Shown in pieces: positions 54,331 through 64,000 of a stretch of DNA of 64,000 bases. The notes beneath the pieces were generated by a model that made no database searches, was not told the origin of the DNA, and saw nothing but the letters and a program-made list of their open reading frames with translations. The DNA is from Octopus vulgaris (Eukaryota): the NCBI GenBank assembly GCA_951406725.2, contig OX597833.1, positions 39,866,001 to 39,930,000 of the forward strand. Direction: 5' to 3'. Position numbers and translations under genes: made by a program. How positions within the stretch are numbered: the first letter of the stretch is position 1; the number at the start of each line of letters is the position of its first letter.

Positions 54331-55355
54331 CTCTGAAATACTGTAAATAGATAGAAAGATGAATAAAGAGAGAAGCAGACAGACTAACATGGCCTGTCTA
54401 ACATTAGATGTGTCTTCAGCAGAGGTACTTCGATGCTTGTGGATTTTGCCTGCTCTGTATGTATGTAAGCATTTTATAACATATTGCATGGAAATTTTTC
54501 TCAATGCCCATCACATGTCACCTAAAAAAATTCATAGCTTGTTCACTACTAACATGTGTGACACAAGTTTGGCATCACTGATCCCATTGGGCCTCATGCT
54601 ACCCATACAAAATCTGGAAGTTTGGCTACTTGAAATTTTCCCATTCAGCTACAGTTTCATATAAATATAACAATAGTCTTACCATTCTCACAAACTTGCT
54701 CTTCTTAAAATTATCAGTAATAGCATCTAGGATGCATAAGAATCCAATATGCCCAACTCTATTATCTCTCTCTCGTGAAACTCATCTGTCTTGGGCTCAG
54801 AGATCCAATTTAAAATACAAAGCATATCATACAGAAATGTCACAGTTTATGAAAAAGGGTGGACATAGAAATATGTGGAAGTATGCTTAAGAAGCTCACT
54901 TTGCAACCCTGTGGTTTCAGGTTCAATCCCACTGCATGATACCTCAGGTGAGTGTTTTTTACTATAGCCCTGGATCAACCAGTGCTAAGTGTCTTGGCCA
55001 ACATGTCAGCATGTTAATAATTCTGCCTGCTTGAAACCCTACAATAATAAAAAAAATTCTTTCTACTATAGGTACAAGGCCTAATGTTTTAGTGGAGGGG
55101 GCTAATCAATCACATTAAGCCCAGTGCTCAAATGGTACTTATTTTATCGACCCCAAAAGGATGAAAGGCAAAGTTGACTTCAGTGGATTTGAACTCAGAC
55201 TTAAAGCCAGAAAAAAATGCTGCTAAACATCTTGACCAACATTCTAAAAATTTTACCTGCCTGCCACCCTACAATAATAATAATTAGGAGAAGATCATGA
55301 AAATATCTTTCAAATGTACACACACAAGTGTGCTCATATATATATATATATATAT

Positions 55356-55438
<83 letters not shown>

Positions 55439-56659
55439 TATGTCTGTGTGTGTGGAATGAGATATTTGGCACCTTGCTGTACTCAAGAAGGCTATCCACC
55501 ACAGTAGAATTGATACCGGTACTCATGTCACATAGAAAGCATGCATGCTGGTGTCACATAAAACACAAACATGTTGGTGTCATATTCAAAACACTGGTGC
55601 TAGTGCCACATAAAAAGCACCCAATACACTCTGAAGGGTGGTTGGTTTTAGGAAGGGTATCTAGCCTTAGAAACCATAGAATAACAAACAAGAGAACCTG
55701 TTGTCTCCCTGATTTTACCAGCTCCAATCAAACCACCCAGCGCATACCAGCATGGAGAATGAATGTTAACTGCTGTTGTTGATGATGATGATGATAATAT
55801 ACAGAATGAAAAGACCTCAGAGACAAGTGGGATGGAGAGAGAGGTTGGAAACCAGTTCCATATACTTGCATCAGAAGACATTCTGCTAAAGGCACCCATG
55901 GTGTAAAGTGGAGGTGTTAAACTGGGCCAAGGATCAAGTAGGCCAGGGCAGCATATGAACTCAGGACATGAAGATCCAGAAGACATAGAGCAAAGAATCT
56001 GGTTCGATGCACTTACAGTTCCACCAATCAACTGCTTTGAAGCAGTACTTTTCTTTTTACTGCCCCTAGAGAATGAAATACATAGCTAACTCCAGAAGAA
56101 TTTGAACTCAGAATGCACACAATTGGAAGAAATATGAAGCATTCTAACTAGCACTCTAGCATCTGTGCCAATTTGCAACCTACAATAATTACAGTAATTA
56201 ACAGCATTGACTTTATATATGTGTGCATGTGTGTGTGTGTGTGTGTGTGTATAGATGGATATATATATATGTATGTATGTATCATGTATGTATATTATAT
56301 TCTTACACATATATACGTATATGCATATATACATGTGTGAGTGTGTTTATAATACCAATATATATAATACATATATATATATATCATGTTGATGATACAT
56401 ATATAAATAATGAGTATATATGTGTAAATACATATGTATATGTGGATGAATATATATATATATACACACACACACGTGTATGTTTACATATATAAGTATG
56501 TAAATATGTAAATATATAATTATTATATACATATATATATGTATATGTATATATATGTGTGTGTAAATATGTAAATATATAATTATATATATATATGTAT
56601 GTATGTATTTATATGTATATATATACATGTATGTATATATATATATATATGTATGTATA

Positions 56660-56721
<62 letters not shown>

Positions 56722-57036
56722 TATAAATATATGTGTGTGTGTGTATGTGAATTTTAAAAAGGACAACAATGCGAAAAAATTTGTGACGAAAAACCAACAA
56801 ACAGAATGAGATCAAAATAATATATTGATGATGGGGAGTGTTTGTGCAGTCAATTGGTAAAGTGTAAGGAAGCAGGGGAAGTTAAGAAGCTATGATTATA
56901 TCTAAAGACTTAGGTTTTGTTGCAGAAGAAGGAAATACATTATAATTTCTCTCATCCATCTTTAATTACTGCTTAACAAGCTAGCACTAGATCCCTATAT
57001 AAGTGTGTATGTATGAAATTATATATATGTGTGTGT

Positions 57037-57075
<39 letters not shown>

Positions 57076-57544
57076 TGTGTGTGTCTATGTGCACATGTGT
57101 GTATGTTTGTATGTATGTATATATTTAATTGATGGTTGTAATAATATATGCCTCTCAGATTGAGATGTAGAGGGATGAGAGAAGGTGATTGTGATGTGAT
57201 GTGATGTGATGTGGTGGGTGAGTTGGATATGGGGTGAGAGGGAGATGCGAAGGTGGGTGGGTGTGTGGTGAGGGTGGGCGTGTGGGTGTGTGGGATAGGG
57301 GTGCCTGTTCAGTGATGGGTGGTGAGTAGAGAATAGGACCAGTGTGTCTGTGGAGGTGTGCCTAAAACTGAGCGCTGTTATATCAGTACTGACATTGGTT
57401 GTGGCAGTGGCAGAGGCAGTGGCCATGGTGGTGGTAGTGGTGGTGGTGGTGGTGACGGTGGCAGCAAGAAAGATGGTAGTTTTTGAAGAAATAGAAACAA
57501 TGTATTTACATCAGCTTGTGTGTGAAGGTTTATGTATATCTGAG

Positions 57545-57652
57545 TGCTTAAGCTTATACATATATATGTATGTGTGTATGTATGTGTGTGTGTATATATA
57601 TATATATGTATGTATGTATGTATATGTATATATGTATGTATATGTATATATA

Positions 57653-57687
<35 letters not shown>

Positions 57688-57732
57688 TTGTATGTATGTG
57701 TATGTGTTTGTGTGTACATATATATATAGATG

Positions 57733-57770
<38 letters not shown>

Positions 57771-57805
57771 TATATAGATATATAGATATACATACATATA
57801 TATAC

Positions 57806-57841
<36 letters not shown>

Positions 57842-57909
57842 GCATATCCAAAAACACATATATATGTGTGTATGTTTGTGTATACATATATATATAGATA
57901 TATATACAT

Positions 57910-57964
<55 letters not shown>

Positions 57965-58017
57965 GTATGCATATGTATATATATATACATATATATATCT
58001 ATATCTATCTATCTATC

Positions 58018-58049
<32 letters not shown>

Positions 58050-58631
58050 TATATACAGATATATAATATGAGCATGTGTATGTACACATTATGCGTGTTT
58101 ATCTACATATATAAAAACAAACACACCTGCATGTATATATAGCTATTCATATAAGTAAGTTTGTATGTATATATATGCACAAAGATAGATGTATGCACAA
58201 GTAAATTATATATTTATAATTATATACGTTCAGATGCATACAACACACAAACATATATGTGTGTTGTATTTTGCAGATAACAGACATATACATAAGTGGT
58301 GTACTATACACAATGTGCTCACATATGTGTATGTATGCATATATATATATATGTATGTATATATAAATATATATATATACATACATGCATATATATACAT
58401 ATATATATATACATACATATATGTGCATACATATATATAAAAATATACATATACATATACATATTTATATATGAATATATATATATATACACATCATATA
58501 TGTAGACATATATTATATACTCATATATATATATATATGTATATACATACACATATATGTTTATGTATGTATATACATACACACACACACAACTATATCG
58601 ACATAAATACACTCTCACACACACACACATA

Positions 58632-58667
<36 letters not shown>

Positions 58668-58797
58668 TTATGTGTGTGTGTGTGAGATTGTATTTATGTA
58701 GATATAGTTGTGTGTGTGTGTATGTATATATATATTTATGTGTGTGTGTGTGAGAGAGTGTATTTATGTAGATATAGTTGTGTGTGTGTGTATGTAT

Positions 58798-58850
<53 letters not shown>

Positions 58851-58855
58851 AACAC
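57545..58855. repeat. Extended degenerate (TA)/(TG)/(CA) microsatellite region
   Basis: Seen directly. Confidence 0.9.
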
Positions 58856-59269
58856 ACTGATGTGTTGCGTATGCATGTGTCTGTATTGAAACAGAAAATA
58901 GATAAACTGTATGATATGAATATGTATTTCCAATAGAAAAGATAGACGAAGTGGCAGGAGGTGGTGCAGAGGAGGGGAGAAGGAAGTAATGGGTGGTAAC
59001 AGTGGAGGTGGTGATGGTGATGGTGATGATGGTGGTGAGAAAGGGCGGAGCAGGGAGGTGGGGGAAGAATAAAGTGGATTGAGGTGCATTTTCTTGTCTA
59101 TTTACTCGTTTCCTTGTTTACTCGCTTCATTCGTTTACAAAGATTAGAACCTTTGATCATTATTATTAGAGAGTAATTAAGAAAATAGAAGTCGCTCTGT
59201 TATATTTACCCTTTGTCAGAAATGTGGGGTGTGGTTGGGGAGGGAGAGGGGAGGAAATGGAGGTGGCTG

Positions 59270-59303
<34 letters not shown>

Positions 59304-60264
59304 GGTGGTGGTGGTGGTGGTGGTGGTGGTGGTGGTGGTGGTGATGGTGGCAGTGGTGGTGATGGTGGGGTTATGTCTGGAGCGGGCAATTCTAGGACAA
59401 ATTCATCTACACCGCCAACACCACCAGCGCCGACATTCGCCCCGCCCCCCCGTTATCGCCACTATCTACATCAGCCTCCCCCCCCACCGCCACTACCACC
59501 CCTCACTTCACCATCGCTGCCACGACCACCAGTGTCAGCACCATCTACATCAGCAACACCTTAAACTATTTATGCCTTAGGGGGTCCTCGTTTGATTGGT
59601 TGTTGTAGACACAGTGATTATTAAATCCTAAATTAGAAAAATAAACGAAAACAGAAATAAAAATTTTAAATGTTTAATAAAGAAAAAAGTCGAATTTGAT
59701 GATTAACAAAAAAAATTATTAATTTACAAAATGAAACAAAATATTCTGCAACAATAAGCTTAGCAATAACAACAATAAATGCAATACAAAACATTACAAT
59801 AACAACAAACACAACGATAGCAATATACAATAGCAACAACAACACCATGTTAAACAAAGGGAGAAGTAGATAAGTTAATATATAAACAATTTGTGCATTA
59901 TTTGTTTAAGTATTAATTAATGCAATGATTAATCTTTGATGGGTGGAGTTTACATCTCAGTTGAATAACTGATTGACTGGATGACTGATGGAGGTATTGA
60001 CTGATTGACTGATTAATTGGCTAATTTATTGAGTGATTGAGTAAGTGATTAAGTCATGAATAGAGTGAATTAAGTGATGAATAGAGACATAAATATAATG
60101 CAACAAACATTTTACACAGTACCCCAGCTGAAAATGCATGCATTATACATAAAAGTATAGTATATGAATGAAATGTATATCAGATACAGAAATACAGAAC
60201 AGATGGACACATAATCAAATATCGCATGTAAGGAAATACAAGATGTGCCATGCCAGACCATTAC

Positions 60265-60437
60265 GCTTTTATTCTTTTACTTGTTTTAGTCATTTGAATG
60301 CGGCCATGCTCGAGCAGTACCTTTAGTCAAAAAAATAGCCCCCAGGACTTATTCTTTGTAAGCCTAGTTACAGGGACATAAACACACCAACATCAGTTGT
60401 CAAGCGATGGTGGGGAGACAAACACAGACACACAAAC

Positions 60438-60478
<41 letters not shown>

Positions 60479-60640
60479 ACGGGCTTCTTTCAGTTTCCAT
60501 CAACCAAATCCACTCACAAGGCTTTGGTCAGCCTGAGGCTATAGTAGAAGACACTTGCCCAAGGTGCAATGCAATGGGACTGAACCCGGAACCATATAGT
60601 TGGTAAGCAAGCTACTTACCACACAGCCACTCCTGTGCCT
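60265..60640 (-). mobile_element. SINE family A, near full length
   Basis: Reverse complement of 47585-47968. Confidence 0.87.
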
Positions 60641-60649
60641 ATTAGCAAA

Positions 60650-61480
60650 CACAGTTTTGGCACAAGCCAGCAATTTTGGGATGAGTTGGGTAAGTGATTA
60701 CATTGACCCCAGTGCTCAACTGGTATTTATTTTTTCAACCCTGAAAGGATGAAGGGCAAAGTCAGCTTTGGTAGAACTTGAAATCAGAGTGTAAAGAGAG
60801 ATAAAATGTTACTTAGCATCTTGACCAGCAAGCTATCAATTCTGCCAGTTCACCACCATATTGATTTCAAATTTTGGCACAAGGCCAGCAATTTTGGGAG
60901 GTAGGGCTAATTTGATTACATTGACCCCAGTGTTCAACTGTTATTTAATTTATCAACCCTGAAACGATGAAAGGCTAAGTCAACCTTGGCAGAATTTGAA
61001 CTCAGAATGTAAAAACAGACAAAATTCCACTAAGCATTTTTCCCAGTGTGCTATTGATTCTGCCATCTCACCACCTTCTGACACAAATAATATATTCTTT
61101 TCTACTCTAGGCACAAGGCCTGAAACTTTTGGATTAGATTGATCCCAGTTCGCAACTGGCACTTAATTTATTGACCCCAAAAGGATGAAAGGCAAAGTCG
61201 ACCTCAGCTGAATTTAAACTCAGAGCGTAAAGACAGACAAAATACCTATTTCATTACTACCCACAAGGGGCTAAACACAGAGAGGACAAACAAGGACAGA
61301 CACATGGATTAAGTCGATTATATCAACCCTAGTGTGTAACTGGTACTTATTTAATCGACCCCGAAAGGATGAAAGGCAAAGTTGACCTCAGCGGAATTTG
61401 AACTCAGAACGCAGCAGCAAATGAAATACTGCTAAGCATTTCACCTGGCGTGCTAACGTTTCTGCCAGCTCACCTGTGCC
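60650..61480 (-). mobile_element. Head-to-tail array of four SINE family B copies
   Basis: AAAGGATGAA(A/G)GGC-type core at ~60744, 60962, 61180 and 61364. Confidence 0.85.
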
Positions 61481-61774
61481 TTCTGATGCAAATAATATAT
61501 TACAAAGACAATATGATCAATAACACCTCCTTATTAACAACACACCACAAGTATGCAAATCTGAGAACAAACTTAGAATGACCAATATAGTTTATAAATT
61601 TGACTGTAAAATTGCAAGTTGTAAGCTTCACACAGGTGTCAATATAATCAAATTGTTAGATTGACCAGACAAGTACAACACTTTCTCATAGACTTACCAT
61701 GCATTTAAAACAAGGAGCAATTGCAACATACTACACTAAACACTATAAAATAAAACTAATTAAGAAAATATTAA

Positions 61775-62290
61775 TTCAAATTTTGGTAAAAGGCCAGCAA
61801 CTTCAGGGTAGGGGCTAAGTTTATTACATTGATCCCAGTGCTTAACTGGTACTCATGTTATTGCCCCCAGAAGGCTAGAAAGGAAAAGTTGACCCTAACA
61901 GTATTTGAACCCAGAATATAAAGATGGACAAAATGCTTAGCAGCATTTTGTTCCATGTGCTAATGATTCTGCCAGCTCACTGCCTTTGGTTAGGGAAATA
62001 TTAACAGAAAATACTTCTATACTTCTATATAAGGGTAGCGAGCTGGCAAAGGGTGGTGAGCTGGCAGAAACATTAGCATGCCGGGCAAAATGCTTACTGG
62101 TATTTCGTCTGCCACTATGTTCTGAGTTCAAATTCTGCTGAGGTCAACTTTGCCTTTCATCCTTTCGGGGTCAATAAATTAAATACCAGTTACACACTGG
62201 GGTCAATGTAATTGACTTAATCCCTTTGTCTGTCCTTGTTTGTCCCCTCTATGTTTAGCCCCCCACCCCCACTGTGGGTAATAAAGAAAT
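61775..62290. mobile_element. Divergent SINE B pair (minus ~61775-61985; plus ~62035-62290)
   Basis: Family B motifs in opposite orientations. Confidence 0.8.
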
Positions 62291-62701
62291 AAGAAAATAC
62301 TTCTATACTTTATAGAATTCTTCACAGCTTGCTGCTGACAATTTTTTCTGCAATGTATGGATAGTTTATCCTGTTTATGCTGTAATATTAGCATCATCCT
62401 CTGTTTGAGAATAAATTATTTCCTTATCTGTATCTGTTAATAAAAATATAATTCTTTCTAATTTTGGTACAAGAGCATCAATTGTAAAGGGAATAGAAGG
62501 TTAATTGCATCAACCCCAATGTTCACCTTGGTATTTATTTTATCAACATCAAAACAATGAAAAGGAAAAATTTTCTTCAGCAGAATATGAATTCAGAACA
62601 TGGAGCTGAAAGAAATATTGCTAAGCATTTTGTTTCCAGCATAACATATTTAAAGGAGAAAATGTTCCCCATACATTCAAACGTTTGTATGCGCATGCAC
62701 A

Positions 62702-62740
<39 letters not shown>

Positions 62741-63707
62741 CTTGATATTTCCCAGTTTCACTTAGCAATGTTTGAGTGAAAGAGTGATATGATGTTTACA
62801 TTCTTTGATGATAATAAGACTCATCATTCTGTGCTTACTTGAAAAACGGATAACACTTGGTAACAAGAAGAACATCCAGCTGTAAAATTCTGCCTCTAAT
62901 TAGTCCCTTCCAATCCATAAAACCATGGGAAACCTGATATTTAATGAACAAATGAACATATAAGATACTGAACCATCCCCAAAGCTTTCAAATTATGAAT
63001 TTAATGACTACTTCTACCCTCATATGGCTACTTGTTTTGTTACCTGAATATGAAGTTTTTTTTTTCTCCCAAAGTATTAAACATAAAACAAATTTATTTT
63101 AAAAAATATACAGTGTAATGGCTTCAACATTTTCCAAATCCAATTTCATGAATCTTCACACTTTTTTCTCAACAAAAATTTAATTACACATCTCTCTTTG
63201 CTAGGGTAAATATGAAAAAGAAATTTCATAGATAATATCTTAATACTTGCATGTCAAGTGAACTTAATTCACAGAAAAATATCTACACAGAACAGAAGAC
63301 TAAGTTTATGTCAGTGAATTGCTTCTATTCCTATCACTATATTCAGAAGGGATTTAGCAAATAAGAGGAGAATTTTCCAGTAATTTGTTTTATGAAAACA
63401 ATGGAGCTGGAACATGTTTGAAGATGCTGAGCCATCTCCAAATCTGACAAGCTATGTAGTTGAAGAAACTATGTGCTTCTTTTATAATTACTTCTTATTT
63501 TTATCTCTCTTTGAAAACGAGTTTTATGCTCAAAATATTAAATGTAAAATTTGGTAAATTTGCTTCTTTATTTTTAAAATATATTACATAATGCCTTCTT
63601 TATTTTTCAAATTAAATTTTACACACATACATGCTCATACACACACATGCTCATATTCTCACATATATATATAGTGAGGGAGATACACATGCACACTCAC
63701 ACATGTA

Positions 63708-63744
<37 letters not shown>

Positions 63745-63746
<2 letters not shown>

Positions 63747-63757
63747 TGGTGGTGCTG

Positions 63758-63806
<49 letters not shown>

Positions 63807-63955
63807 GAGGAGGAGGAGGAGGAAGCGGAGGAGGAGGAGGTGGAGTAAGAGGAGAAGGAGGAGGTGGAGTAAGAGGAGAAGGAGGAGGTGGAGTAAGAGG
63901 AGAAGGAGGAGGAAGAGGCGGCAGAGGTGCAGCAGCAGCAACAGCAACAGTAGTA
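63745..63955. repeat. (GTA)n, (GGA)n and 24-bp GGAGGAGGTGGAGTAAGAGGAGAA x3
   Basis: Seen directly. Confidence 0.88.
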
Positions 63956-64000
63956 ATGAAAAGCAAAAAGGAAGACAGAAAAATAAGAACCTAAAAAAGA

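Overview
AT-rich, microsatellite-saturated eukaryotic non-coding DNA (intergenic or intronic). The repeat content suggests an Octopus or other coleoid cephalopod genome; this is inferred from repeat recognition only. No intact host protein-coding gene can be supported, and almost all listed ORFs are microsatellite artefacts or transposon remnants. The window is a mosaic of tRNA-derived SINEs, RTE, R4/Dong-like and CR1-like LINE fragments, Penelope-like remnants, mariner and maT (DD37D) elements, MITEs, a Helentron-like element and at least one solo LTR. The standout is a young ~1.3 kb element at 28700-30024, embedded in (TA)n. It is built from a ~492-bp unit carrying a canonical type I hammerhead ribozyme and is arranged as two divergent arms, each longer than one unit. 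This fits a retrozyme-like (circular RNA) retroelement. Also notable: a second, minimal hammerhead motif at 23729-23780, three R4/Dong-type LINE copies that all abut (TACA)n, and a 12-unit minisatellite in an RTE 3' UTR.
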